IMG/VR virus record: IMGVR_UViG_3300032318_000209
Location: 1 to 24,107 of that record
From: a virus
Lineage: Duplodnaviria > Caudoviricetes
Length of the DNA: 24,107 nt
Reading direction: 5' to 3' (one strand)
The translations under genes were made by a program, and so were the position numbers. Shown piece by piece: positions 1-8,025 of the stretch; positions within the stretch are counted from its first letter, which is position 1, and each line of letters starts with the position of its first letter. The notes beneath the pieces were generated by a model. It saw only the letters and a list, made by a program, of their open reading frames with translations, was not told the DNA's origin and ran no database searches.

Positions 1-279
1 TTACCTTATCTATGGCCATTGCCAGATGAGGAAGCATTCCTATGTGGAAATCTCAAAGAAAGGAAAAATACCGACTTGTTAAAAAATGTAGCCGTATATC
101 TAACCAGTCAGCAGGTTGCTTCATTGTTACAAGTATCACCGAAGACGATTAGTTCATACAAGGCTCGCGGTCAAATGCCAGAGCCAGACAGAATCTATGG
201 GCGCACTCCGTTGTGGAAGCACTCAACTATCGAAGCATGGCGCGGAACACTCCGTACGCCAGTAGTCACCGAAGAATAA
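1..279 (+). CDS. AlpA/excisionase-like HTH DNA-binding protein (frame open to the window edge; 5'-truncated or starting at TTG 76)
   Basis: YLTSQQVASLLQVSPKTISSYKARGQMPEPD..GRTPLW is a MerR/AlpA-type winged HTH pattern. Frame 1 has no stop from base 1 (LPYLWPLPDEE...). An alternative start is AAGGA at 60-64 with TTG at 76. Confidence 0.75.
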   Translation, partial: LPYLWPLPDEEAFLCGNLKERKNTDLLKNVAVYLTSQQVASLLQVSPKTISSYKARGQMPEPDRIYGRTPLWKHSTIEAWRGTLRTPVVTEE

Positions 280-295
280 ATAAGGGAGAAGGCAA

Positions 296-397
296 ATGAC
301 TAAACCATTGCAAGAGTTGCTACGCGACTTAGAGCAAGCAGCGCAAGTAGTTCTAGATGAACTACTAAATGAAATCAACGAAGGGGAAGATAAATGA
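296..397 (+). CDS. Small hypothetical protein (33 aa, MTKPLQELLRDLEQAAQVVLDELLNEINEGEDK)
   Basis: Not in the ORF track. It has an AAGGGAGAAGG RBS upstream, fills the intergenic gap, and its stop overlaps the bet start (ATGA 394-397). Confidence 0.7.
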   Translation: MTKPLQELLRDLEQAAQVVLDELLNEINEGEDK

Positions 398-1179
398 GTA
401 CATCATTAGCAATCACAGAAGACCAGTCGTACTGGTCGCAACAACAACTATCAGCACTCAAACAACTGGGTCTCGCGCAAGCAGATGCAGGTGACTTGGC
501 GTTCTTCTTTCATCAAGCACAACGCACAGGACTAGACCCATTCGCACGACAGATATACATGATTAATCGTGGTGGTAAATACGGAATACAAACAAGCATT
601 GATGGCTTCCGTATTATCGCTCAGCGAAGCGGTGAGTACGCAGGTCAGACTGCGCCTTACTGGTGCGGTGAAGATGGTGTGTGGAAAGATGTATGGCTAG
701 CAAATACGCCACCACTTGCAGCGAAGATTGGTGTATATCGCGTGGGGTTCCCTGAGCCACTATGGGCAGTTGCGCGATGGGATTCATACGCGGTTCTTAA
801 CAATCCAATCTGGAAGAAAATGCCTGATGTTATGTTGGCGAAATGCGCAGAGTCATTAGCACTACGCAAAGCATTCCCGAATGACTTATCAGGTCTCTAC
901 ACAGACGAGGAAATGAGTCAGGCAGAAGTCATTGAGGAACGACCAAAGCCTCAGCGCGTTGAACTCAAAGCAGTTACAAATACACCAGCACCAGATGTAT
1001 CAACGATTGATTGGTCAGCATTGCTACCGGCGATTGATGCGTTGAAAGATAAAGATGCGGTGAAACAAATGTGGAACGCTAGGAAAGAAATTCTAGATGT
1101 GACCATACCTGATACTGAAACAACTCTGCGTACGCTCTTAATCGAGAAAGTGAATACATTCAATGAAGAAAGTAATTGA
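394..1179 (+). CDS. bet: Phage ssDNA-annealing recombinase, Bet/RecT family
   Basis: Hallmark motifs TGLDPFARQIY, TSIDGFRIIAQRSGEYAG and WKKMPDVMLAKCAESLALRKAFPNDLSGLYTDEEM. Confidence 0.93.
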   Translation: MSTSLAITEDQSYWSQQQLSALKQLGLAQADAGDLAFFFHQAQRTGLDPFARQIYMINRGGKYGIQTSIDGFRIIAQRSGEYAGQTAPYWCGEDGVWKDVWLANTPPLAAKIGVYRVGFPEPLWAVARWDSYAVLNNPIWKKMPDVMLAKCAESLALRKAFPNDLSGLYTDEEMSQAEVIEERPKPQRVELKAVTNTPAPDVSTIDWSALLPAIDALKDKDAVKQMWNARKEILDVTIPDTETTLRTLLIEKVNTFNEESN

Positions 1180-1330
1180 CCCACTCGTTTATGACTTTAT
1201 GATGAAAGCATCTCAGAATCTATACAACGCTGCTCAGGCTGGCGATGTTGATTTAGCCGAGGCTACATTGGTCAATCTCAACGCAACGATTGAGTCATAC
1301 ATACACGCACTACATAGTGAAAGGATATGA
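1163..1330 (+). CDS. Small hypothetical protein (55 aa, MKKVIDPLVYDFMMKASQNLY...HSERI)
   Basis: Not in the ORF track. It fills the gap between bet and the next gene, and its stop overlaps the next ATG (ATGA 1327-1330). Confidence 0.65.
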   Translation: MKKVIDPLVYDFMMKASQNLYNAAQAGDVDLAEATLVNLNATIESYIHALHSERI

Positions 1331-1908
1331 ACATGGAACTGATGGAAGACGAATGCCATTGGTGCGAAATGCGTATCACTCGCCCAAGTGACAACCTGTT
1401 GTGGATTGATGATTATGAATCAGCAGACTGTGAGTTTCACCCTGCTGCTTTCAACGCATTGATACTCAAATCAACAGGCAAATCTGCACCACATCAACCG
1501 ATACAAGAAGTTCATAGAATCATTGTTGAGGATTACGAACGCAAGATACTTCAACGCGATAAGACGCAAAGACTTAGAGCCGTTGATGCTAATACTGTAT
1601 CTACGAGCAAGTGGGCACACGGAACAAGCCGTAATGCAGCAAACAAGATACTCCCAACAACTGGCAGTATGCGAAGACTGGTGTATGACACCATCAAAGC
1701 AAACAATGATTACGGCTATACAGATTATGAATTGGAGTATTCCCTACAAGGAAAGCATCAAACTCTTTCAGCAATTCGTAGGTCGTTAGTCATTGATGGC
1801 TGGATAGTTGATTCAGGTCAAACACGCAAGAATAGGCAGGGTAATGACTGCATCGTGTGGGTTGAGAAAGATGAGATGTTCAGCGAGATGTTATTCAATG
1901 TCAAGTAA
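1327..1908 (+). CDS. Hypothetical protein with C-terminal winged-helix DNA-binding domain and N-terminal Cys/His cluster
   Basis: TSRNAA...GYTDYELE...QTLSAIRRSLVIDGWIVDSGQTRKNRQGNDCIVW matches a common phage wHTH pattern. The N-terminus has CHWC..CEFH. Confidence 0.6.
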   Translation: MNMELMEDECHWCEMRITRPSDNLLWIDDYESADCEFHPAAFNALILKSTGKSAPHQPIQEVHRIIVEDYERKILQRDKTQRLRAVDANTVSTSKWAHGTSRNAANKILPTTGSMRRLVYDTIKANNDYGYTDYELEYSLQGKHQTLSAIRRSLVIDGWIVDSGQTRKNRQGNDCIVWVEKDEMFSEMLFNVK

Positions 1909-2071
1909 ATCTAATTGGCGTGATGGCTGGGGTCTGCAATTCCCCAAAAGAAACCCCAAGCCATCACCCACTCAGGATACTGAACCAGTTGCTAGATGCA
2001 AATCGTGTGGTAACTGGCTATACAAGAATGAACCATGTGCGATATGCACCATACTAGAAGGAAACAAATGA
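1898..2071 (+). CDS. Small zinc-finger protein (57 aa)
   Basis: CKSC-x9-CAIC motif. ATG 1898 is preferred over the track's 1808, and the stop overlaps the next ATG (ATGA). Confidence 0.6.
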   Translation: MSSKSNWRDGWGLQFPKRNPKPSPTQDTEPVARCKSCGNWLYKNEPCAICTILEGNK

Positions 2072-2412
2072 TTACACCAGAGAAAGTAGAAGCACGACTG
2101 TATGAACTCAGCAAAGAGATTGATGCAGCACACGAAGAACTCGTTACAGCAGAGAAGTTTTACCATAACACTAAAGCGAAATTTGAAATCAATATCGCTC
2201 ATTCAAGAGTCAAGATTGGTTTAGCAAACATGAAACTTCGCGTCGGTGATGTGGCTGATAAAGCACTCGTAGAGTGTGAAGAAGAATGGAAAGAACTACA
2301 GATAGCCGAAGCGTTAGTCAAGGGCGCAAGAGCCAATGCTAATCGCGTACGGACACAGGTTGATATCGCTCGTTCAATCGGAACAAGCGTTCGCGCTTCA
2401 ATGGACATCTAA
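2068..2412 (+). CDS. Hypothetical coiled-coil protein
   Basis: GAAGGA RBS before ATG 2068. All-helical heptad pattern ending RTQVDIARSIGTSVRASMDI. Confidence 0.7.
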   Translation: MITPEKVEARLYELSKEIDAAHEELVTAEKFYHNTKAKFEINIAHSRVKIGLANMKLRVGDVADKALVECEEEWKELQIAEALVKGARANANRVRTQVDIARSIGTSVRASMDI

Positions 2413-2429
2413 CAAGAAGGAGAAGGGTA

Positions 2430-2702
2430 ATGCGAGTAGGACAAATCAGAACAAACATAGAAGACCTGAGTGATGAGGTTGAAATCTTTATTGCTTGGTA
2501 TGACAAAGACGAGGCTAACGAGCATGTACAAAACAATGTGCTCGAAGGTCAAGAATGGGACGAGTCAAAAAATCTAACAGATGAAGAATGGCAATATGTT
2601 ATCAAGAAGATGGGTAATGATGATGGCATTTGGCAACAGTTGAATGAAGCATTTGCTTACTACATCGAGCAAGCAATTGAAGACAGAGAGAAGGGTAAAT
2701 GA
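2430..2702 (+). CDS. Hypothetical acidic protein
   Basis: Strong AAGGAGAAGGG RBS and a 90-aa ORF filling the gap. Confidence 0.7.
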   Translation: MRVGQIRTNIEDLSDEVEIFIAWYDKDEANEHVQNNVLEGQEWDESKNLTDEEWQYVIKKMGNDDGIWQQLNEAFAYYIEQAIEDREKGK

Positions 2703-2703
2703 A

Positions 2704-3639
2704 ATGACGATAGCAAATGAGTTAATCAAAGCAGTCACTTCGACGAGCAAGGGAAGTAGCCGTAGTCAGCAACGAGAAGTAGGACCATCAGAAATCGGTG
2801 GTTGTCGCAGGAAAGTATGGTTGAAACTGCAAGGCGTAGAGCAAACAAACACAGAAACACTACGCCTTGCTTCAATCATGGGAACTGCAATTCATACATA
2901 CATTCAAGAAGCATTTGAAAGACAAGACCCATTCAAAGAACGCTACATTCTTGAAGGCGAATTCACTGCTGCTGGAATCAGAGGGCATGTTGATATGTAT
3001 GACAAAGAAAAGAACGAGGTGATTGACTGGAAAACTACCAAGAAATCTAATCTGACTTACTTCCCATCAAAACAGCAACGCTGGCAAGTGCAGTTGTATG
3101 GTTTCTTGATTCGTGAATCAGGATTGCCAGTTGATAATGTAACGCTGGTTGCTATTGCGCGTGATGGTGATGAACGAGATATCGTGTATCACACAGAGCC
3201 GTATGATGCTGAAGTTGCTGCTGAAGCGATTGACTGGCTGATTGATGTACGCAACAGAACGGAAGCACCAGCACCAGAGAAAGATGCTTTCTTTTGCAAA
3301 TCTTATTGCGGATACTACGACGCAACAGGATTGAAAGGTTGCGTTGGCAAGGGAAAAGCGGAAGCGGAAGGCGCACTTATCGAAGATGACCAAGCGCGTT
3401 CCGCTATCCACACTTACCTTGATGTCACATCAGAAATAAATAAATTAGAAAAAGTCAAAGACTCATTGAAAGAAATGTTAGAAGGCGTAAGCGGAGTAAC
3501 TGCCGAAGGCGTTAGAGTGACATGGACAGAAGTTGCGGGGCGGAAAACAGTTGATGAGGCTAAAGTGAAGGAGTTGTTGGGCGAAGTACCTGTCAAGTAT
3601 GGCAAAGGCTTTATCAAATTAACAGTCAAGGAAGGGTAA
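2704..3639 (+). CDS. Cas4-like PD-(D/E)XK exonuclease (probable Fe-S cluster), likely partner of Bet
   Basis: PSEIGGCRRK, GTAIH, GHVDMY..VIDWKT, QVQLY and C-terminal FCKSYC..GC give four Cys flanking the nuclease core. GAAGGG RBS before ATG 2704. Confidence 0.85.
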   Translation: MTIANELIKAVTSTSKGSSRSQQREVGPSEIGGCRRKVWLKLQGVEQTNTETLRLASIMGTAIHTYIQEAFERQDPFKERYILEGEFTAAGIRGHVDMYDKEKNEVIDWKTTKKSNLTYFPSKQQRWQVQLYGFLIRESGLPVDNVTLVAIARDGDERDIVYHTEPYDAEVAAEAIDWLIDVRNRTEAPAPEKDAFFCKSYCGYYDATGLKGCVGKGKAEAEGALIEDDQARSAIHTYLDVTSEINKLEKVKDSLKEMLEGVSGVTAEGVRVTWTEVAGRKTVDEAKVKELLGEVPVKYGKGFIKLTVKEG

Positions 3640-3641
3640 TT

Positions 3642-4487
3642 ATGGGTTGGGTTCGATTAGACGATAACTTCGCAGACCATCCGAAGGTGATAGCACTTTC
3701 GGATACTGCGTTCAGGCTATACATAGAAGCATTGTGTTATAGCAACAGGCAATTGACAGATGGTTTCATTCCTAATGCTGTATATCTAAAACTCAGCAAA
3801 GATGATGAAGCCGATTACTTGATTGAGGCAGGGTTGTGGGAAAGAGTTCACGGAAATGTAATCAGTCCTGAATTGACGACTGGTTATCAGATTCGTTCTT
3901 ATACTGAATACCAGCCTACGAGAGAGAAGGTTGAGGAAAAGAGGGAACAAGCGAAAGAGCGATTACGGAAGTATCGTGAGTCTCAGAAGGGAAACGCAGA
4001 TGAAACGCAAATGAAACGCCACCCCCAACCCAACCCAACCCAACCCAACCCAACCCAAATAGATATAAAAGATAACTACTACCTAGAAACAATTCACGAA
4101 GAAGAAAGAGATGAATACGCATTGACTCCTGCACCAAGAGTCAAACTGGCAAAAGAGGCTGTTAATAGAATCGCTGAGAAGTTACAGACTGCCTCTGCCA
4201 ACGGAATCAATGCGTGGAATCTATCTAAACTGGTTGAAGATGAGTGGGATAAGTTCGACCCAGTCAATGAAGTCGGTGCGTGTATTGCGTTGACAGTCTG
4301 GTATGTGTCTGAGTTACAGTCACGCACATTGACCAGCGCAGAGATAGCGCGGATAGGTCAAATGACGAAGCGGTTCGGCAGGATATCTTTGCTCGCAATT
4401 GATGAGGCTGCTAGCAAAGACCTTGACGACCTAGTGAGTTATGCTTTCAGAGTGGCTCAACGAATGTACGCAGATAGGAAAGCCTGA
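3642..4487 (+). CDS. Putative phage replication initiator (actinophage RepA-like N-terminal domain with Pro-rich linker)
   Basis: N-terminus MGWVRLDDNFADHPKV..AFRLY..ALCYS..LTDGFIP..LIEAGLW..GYQI..Y.EYQP followed by an R/E-rich helix and a PQPNPTQPNPTQ linker. This layout is typical of actinobacterial phage replisome organisers. Confidence 0.72.
   Translation: MGWVRLDDNFADHPKVIALSDTAFRLYIEALCYSNRQLTDGFIPNAVYLKLSKDDEADYLIEAGLWERVHGNVISPELTTGYQIRSYTEYQPTREKVEEKREQAKERLRKYRESQKGNADETQMKRHPQPNPTQPNPTQIDIKDNYYLETIHEEERDEYALTPAPRVKLAKEAVNRIAEKLQTASANGINAWNLSKLVEDEWDKFDPVNEVGACIALTVWYVSELQSRTLTSAEIARIGQMTKRFGRISLLAIDEAASKDLDDLVSYAFRVAQRMYADRKA
3991..4019 (+). repeat. Three GAAACGC direct repeats with exact 11-bp period (iteron-like)
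   Basis: GAAACGC at 3991-3997, 4002-4008 and 4013-4019, inside the initiator gene. Confidence 0.8.
4024..4058 (+). repeat. Perfect pentanucleotide tandem repeat (CCCAA)7
   Basis: Read directly. It encodes PQPNPTQPNPTQ and is followed by the A-rich tract ATAGATATAAAAGATAA. Confidence 0.95.
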
Positions 4488-4696
4488 TGAATGTCTATGA
4501 CTATGAGATACCCGAAGGTTGGGAATCTATGTCCTGTTACCACAACTGTGGATTCTTGATTGCTTGGCAATTAGGTAGTCCAGAGGGAAGGCACGCAGGA
4601 GATGTAATGGAAGGGCATCTAGCAGGACATGATGCTAAGAAGCCTACAATCTGGGACATAATAAGATACGGAAAGGGTAAAGATAATGGATTTTAA
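4487..4696 (+). CDS. Hypothetical protein (possible C2H2-type metal site)
   Basis: TGATG overlap with the upstream gene. CYHNC...HLAGH. Confidence 0.6.
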   Translation: MNVYDYEIPEGWESMSCYHNCGFLIAWQLGSPEGRHAGDVMEGHLAGHDAKKPTIWDIIRYGKGKDNGF

Positions 4697-4997
4697 TCTA
4701 GATAATCATTGCGGTAAGCATGGTTGTTACTGCACACATACGCATGGTTGCATGAAAGGTTGGATAGAACAGGAATACATTGACGAAAAAAAGGTTATAC
4801 GGAATGGCATTCCATCTATTACATTGAGGAAGTATGATGGTGTTCGCCCCTGTCAAACCTGCGACCCAGAGCGATATGAAATCTGGTGGTCATCTAAGAC
4901 CAGTCAGGAATACCACGAACGATTAAGAGCGCGTTCAACTGTCAATCGCAGCAAAGCCTACGAGAATGAGGAACGAGATAAAACTCGTACTCTATGA
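4686..4997 (+). CDS. Hypothetical Cys/His-rich protein
   Basis: HCGKHGCYCTHTHGC...PCQTC. GGAAAGGG RBS. Confidence 0.65.
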   Translation: MDFNLDNHCGKHGCYCTHTHGCMKGWIEQEYIDEKKVIRNGIPSITLRKYDGVRPCQTCDPERYEIWWSSKTSQEYHERLRARSTVNRSKAYENEERDKTRTL

Positions 4998-5006
4998 GGT
5001 ATATCA

Positions 5007-5453
5007 ATGAATCTAAAAAACACTACACAAGGCGTTCTGAGACGCGCCAATGTATGGCGGTTGAGGTTTTACCTTGTCGCTTACTTGACGGCTCTAATGA
5101 CCTTCGTGGCTCCGCTAGAACCCATGATAAATCCACCAGTTGAGTCAGCCAACGCTGAGGAAACTCTAACAGTTCCAATTACGCATAAAGATTTTGCTGC
5201 ACAAACAGGCATGATTGTTTATGGGTGGAATGATAATGAATTCAAATGTCTAGATTTCATCTGGACAAAAGAATCTAACTGGAACCCTAAAGCAGATAAC
5301 CCAACCAGTTCTGCATACGGAATCGCTCAAATGCTCAAAGAAGACTCGCGTAACGCTTTCGTGCAAATTAGTAACGGATTGCGGTATATTCAGCATCGTT
5401 ACGATACACCTTGTAACGCTATGCAATTCTGGAAAAGGAATTACTGGTACTGA
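5007..5453 (+). CDS. Secreted or membrane-anchored lytic transglycosylase-like (SLT/lysozyme-like fold) protein
   Basis: Hydrophobic N-terminal segment. Core CLDFIWTKESNWNPKADNPTSSAYGIAQ...QISNGLRYIQHRYDTPCNAMQFWKRNYWY shows the catalytic ES, G.AQ and terminal WY of the actinobacterial small transglycosylase family. Confidence 0.85.
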   Translation: MNLKNTTQGVLRRANVWRLRFYLVAYLTALMTFVAPLEPMINPPVESANAEETLTVPITHKDFAAQTGMIVYGWNDNEFKCLDFIWTKESNWNPKADNPTSSAYGIAQMLKEDSRNAFVQISNGLRYIQHRYDTPCNAMQFWKRNYWY

Positions 5454-5833
5454 TGAATAAGTTCTTCGTGAAGGGAAAACCTGTTCCGCAAGGCTCTATG
5501 AAATTCATACGCCCCGGAGTAATGATTCATTCGCGAGCAGCAGATTTAGCAGTATGGCGAGCAGACATAGCAAGAAACGCAGAACTTTCTGGTTTCAAAC
5601 CTGTTTCAGGTGGTGTTAAAGTTGAAATTGATTTCATCTTTATCAGACCAAAGAGTGCTAACAGACCATTTCCAACAGTCGCTCCTGATTTGGATAAGTT
5701 AATCAGGGCAGTTTTAGATGGTCTCACTGGTGTTGCGTACGAAGATGATTCACAGGTCATACTCATACAAGCAACTAAAACCTACGGACAGAATACTGGT
5801 GCGTGGATAGGCATCGAGCAGGTGGCAGTATGA
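5453..5833 (+). CDS. rusA: RusA family Holliday junction resolvase
   Basis: GKPVPQGS, PDLDKLIRAVLDGL and YEDDSQV motifs. Confidence 0.93.
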   Translation: MNKFFVKGKPVPQGSMKFIRPGVMIHSRAADLAVWRADIARNAELSGFKPVSGGVKVEIDFIFIRPKSANRPFPTVAPDLDKLIRAVLDGLTGVAYEDDSQVILIQATKTYGQNTGAWIGIEQVAV

Positions 5834-6345
5834 AACTACTTGATGAAATCCTAAGTGATTACCCACGCATCTGGGAATACTACAAACACGAAACAGGCGA
5901 ACGAGGTCGCGCACCAAAGTACGCCCAACGCTATCCAGTACCACTCGGTACTCTTAGCATGGTTCTAGACTTTCATAAATGGACACACGCAACCGCTCAT
6001 CTAGTTGCTGAAAGTGTTGGTCTAGAATTACCTAATCATGTACGACGAACAGAGGTAGGTCCTGACCCTGTTGTTATGTTTAGAATCAACTGGCTCAACA
6101 ACAGTTGGCACGCAGTAGAGCAACGAAAATCATTAGCGAAAACATTAGGCGACGAAATCGGGCAATGGCACACCAGAATTCGGGTCAAAGTCAATGACGC
6201 TGACCTGTATTCCTATGAATCCACCCTCGTCTGTAACAGTTGTTCGCATCGTTCCGTAGTCCGTATGAATGATATGTTCATCTGTGTCAATACTGCTTGC
6301 AGAAACCAATTGACTGGGGAGTGGCTGACATGGCAGGTAAATTAG
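5830..6345 (+). CDS. Hypothetical protein with C-terminal zinc ribbon (possible late regulator)
   Basis: ATGA overlap with rusA puts the start at 5830. C-terminal CNSC-x11-CVNTAC..GEWLTW. The regulatory role is inferred from position only. Confidence 0.6.
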   Translation: MKLLDEILSDYPRIWEYYKHETGERGRAPKYAQRYPVPLGTLSMVLDFHKWTHATAHLVAESVGLELPNHVRRTEVGPDPVVMFRINWLNNSWHAVEQRKSLAKTLGDEIGQWHTRIRVKVNDADLYSYESTLVCNSCSHRSVVRMNDMFICVNTACRNQLTGEWLTWQVN

Positions 6346-6680
6346 ATTACCTTCGCGCCTTAGTTTATTCACGAAGCGTAGGCTACTGCGAAAAATGCGG
6401 TGGTCAACTTGGAGACAACTGGGCATTACATCATAGGAAATTGAAATCGCGTGGCGGTAAAGATGAGGTTCAAAACCTCATAGCGTTACATCATGGTTGT
6501 CACAATGGAGATACAGATTCCGTTCACTTCAACCCAAGCCACGCATCAGATAAAGGATACATGGTTGGCTCTTGGCAAGACCCAGCGGAGTGTCCACTAA
6601 CACTTCCAGACGGAAGTAGTGTTATACTTACATCGGAAGGCACTTACAAGTATTTGGAAAGGAAAGGCAATGGCTGGTGA
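6330..6680 (+). CDS. HNH endonuclease
   Basis: CEKCG...LHHRKLKSRGG.DEVQNLIALHHGCHN. GGGGAG RBS before ATG 6330. Confidence 0.88.
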   Translation: MAGKLDYLRALVYSRSVGYCEKCGGQLGDNWALHHRKLKSRGGKDEVQNLIALHHGCHNGDTDSVHFNPSHASDKGYMVGSWQDPAECPLTLPDGSSVILTSEGTYKYLERKGNGW

Positions 6681-7071
6681 ACCATTAGTAACAGTAGTAG
6701 GACATTTGGGGGCTGACCCTGAATTCAAGAAGACCCCATCGGGTATTCCTGTAACGAGTTTTAATTTAGCAAATACCCCACGCAAGCAAAAGAACAACGA
6801 GTGGGTTGATGGAGATACAACATGGTTTCGCGTATTCGTGTGGAATCACGATGCTGCTGGAACTGCGTTCACTCTGAAGAAGGGTGACAAAGCGTTAATT
6901 ACTGGTCGTTTCTCAGTCAGTACATACACAGACAAAGAAGGCAACGAACGCCGAACATTAGAAATCAATGCGGATACTGTTGGTGTTGTGCCAAAATACG
7001 CACCTGAACCACAAGCACCTATCTCAGATAAAAGAACAGACGAAGACCCAATAGAAGACTTTCCTTGGTGA
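6670..7071 (+). CDS. ssb: Single-stranded DNA-binding protein
   Basis: VTVVGHLGADPEFK.TPSG..V..F.LANTPR...W.DGDTTWFRVFVW...LKKGD...ITGR OB fold with acidic-aromatic tail DPIEDFPW. Start at ATG 6670. Confidence 0.95.
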   Translation: MAGEPLVTVVGHLGADPEFKKTPSGIPVTSFNLANTPRKQKNNEWVDGDTTWFRVFVWNHDAAGTAFTLKKGDKALITGRFSVSTYTDKEGNERRTLEINADTVGVVPKYAPEPQAPISDKRTDEDPIEDFPW

Positions 7072-7085
7072 ACTGAAAGGGAAAC

Positions 7086-7289
7086 ATGACAGAAGGCACA
7101 GGAGTCATTGACTCCGAAGTTGCAGCAATGCTTCTAGGTATCAGTAAGAATAATCTCAGACAACTGGTACACAGAAAACAATTGATGCCGACAGGTAGGC
7201 AGAAGCGAAGGAGTCAATTCCTACTCGCTGATGTGTTGGCATTACAGACACGCCGAAGTGATTCGTCCGGGAATGATTCCGCGCTTTAG
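7086..7289 (+). CDS. Small HTH DNA-binding protein (MerR/excisionase-like)
   Basis: IDSEVAAMLLGISKNNLRQLVHRKQL.P.G....F.LADV. AAAGGGG RBS. Confidence 0.8.
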   Translation: MTEGTGVIDSEVAAMLLGISKNNLRQLVHRKQLMPTGRQKRRSQFLLADVLALQTRRSDSSGNDSAL

Positions 7290-7300
7290 TGTGTTACACT
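7290..7300 (+). promoter_or_regulatory. Putative extended -10 promoter for the modification/packaging operon
   Basis: TGTG-T-TACACT (TG-n-TAnnnT) lies in the only sizeable non-coding gap between the early and late modules. No good -35 is visible. Confidence 0.5.
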
Positions 7301-7310
7301 TTCTGCCAAT

Positions 7311-7366
7311 GGGAGAGGTCTATCCAAATGCGTTTTTTACCCTTCCGCATTTGGGTAGCCTTTCCT
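7311..7366 (+). other. Long RNA stem-loop in the leader of the ParB-TET-GT operon
   Basis: 7311-7332 pairs with 7346-7366 (21 bp, one bulged U, three G-U pairs). The 13-nt loop is UUUUUUACCCUUC. No U tract follows the stem. Confidence 0.75.
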
Positions 7367-7386
7367 GTTACCAATGAGAGGCAATC

Positions 7387-8025
7387 ATGGAAGCAATTAA
7401 AGTTAAGGTCAGCGACTTAAAAGAGTTTACTGGCAACCCACGCAAAGGTAATGTCAAAGAACTCAAAGCATCTTTAGAAGCGAATGGGCAATACAAACCA
7501 ATCGTTGTTCAGAAATCAACTAATTTAATTCTTGCTGGAAACCATCTATGGAAAGCAGCAACAGAACTTGGTTGGACTGAAATCAATGTTGTATATGCAG
7601 ATGTTGATGATGCACAAGCAAAGAAAATTGTTGCTACAGATAATCGTCTTGCTGACCTCGGTACTTATGATGAGCAGTTGTTATTAGATTTGCTTGGCGA
7701 AATTGATTTGGTTGGTACTGGTTACATTCCAGCAGATGTAGATGATTTGTTAGCAATGCTAGAGGAACAAAGCACTCCTGAATGGCAAATTGCTAACGCA
7801 CCTACGCATCACGAGAATGTTGCGCAACGACCATCATTAGAAGACCGCGCATCACACTACGCAGAACGCACCATTCGTTTATTGATGTGCGAGTATCCTA
7901 ATCATCAATACATTTGGGCGATTGAAAATCTAACAAAGTTAAGAGAAGAATACAAAGTGGATAGCAACGCAGAAGCCATCCTTCACGCAATAGCAGCAGC
8001 AACAGGGAGTGAAATTCCATCATGA
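7387..8025 (+). CDS. ParB/Srx N-terminal-domain protein
   Basis: LKEFTGNPRKG..ELKASLEANGQYKPIVV....ILAGNHLWKAA.ELGW...DNRLAD is the phage ParB-like domain usually found beside or fused to DNA-modifying enzymes. Confidence 0.88.
   Translation: MEAIKVKVSDLKEFTGNPRKGNVKELKASLEANGQYKPIVVQKSTNLILAGNHLWKAATELGWTEINVVYADVDDAQAKKIVATDNRLADLGTYDEQLLLDLLGEIDLVGTGYIPADVDDLLAMLEEQSTPEWQIANAPTHHENVAQRPSLEDRASHYAERTIRLLMCEYPNHQYIWAIENLTKLREEYKVDSNAEAILHAIAAATGSEIPS

Noticed and set aside
2704-3639. Cas4-like gene as evidence of a CRISPR-Cas system
   Set aside because: No repeat-spacer array or other cas genes are present. Stand-alone Cas4-like exonucleases are common phage recombination partners.
6330-6680. 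HNH as an intron/intein homing element or packaging HNH
   Set aside because: It is free-standing in the replication module, overlaps both neighbours, and no interrupted gene is seen. TerL has no intein.
7387-8025. ParB protein as a plasmid-prophage partition system
   Set aside because: No ParA or parS-like array is seen. The domain subtype and neighbours point to a modification-associated role.
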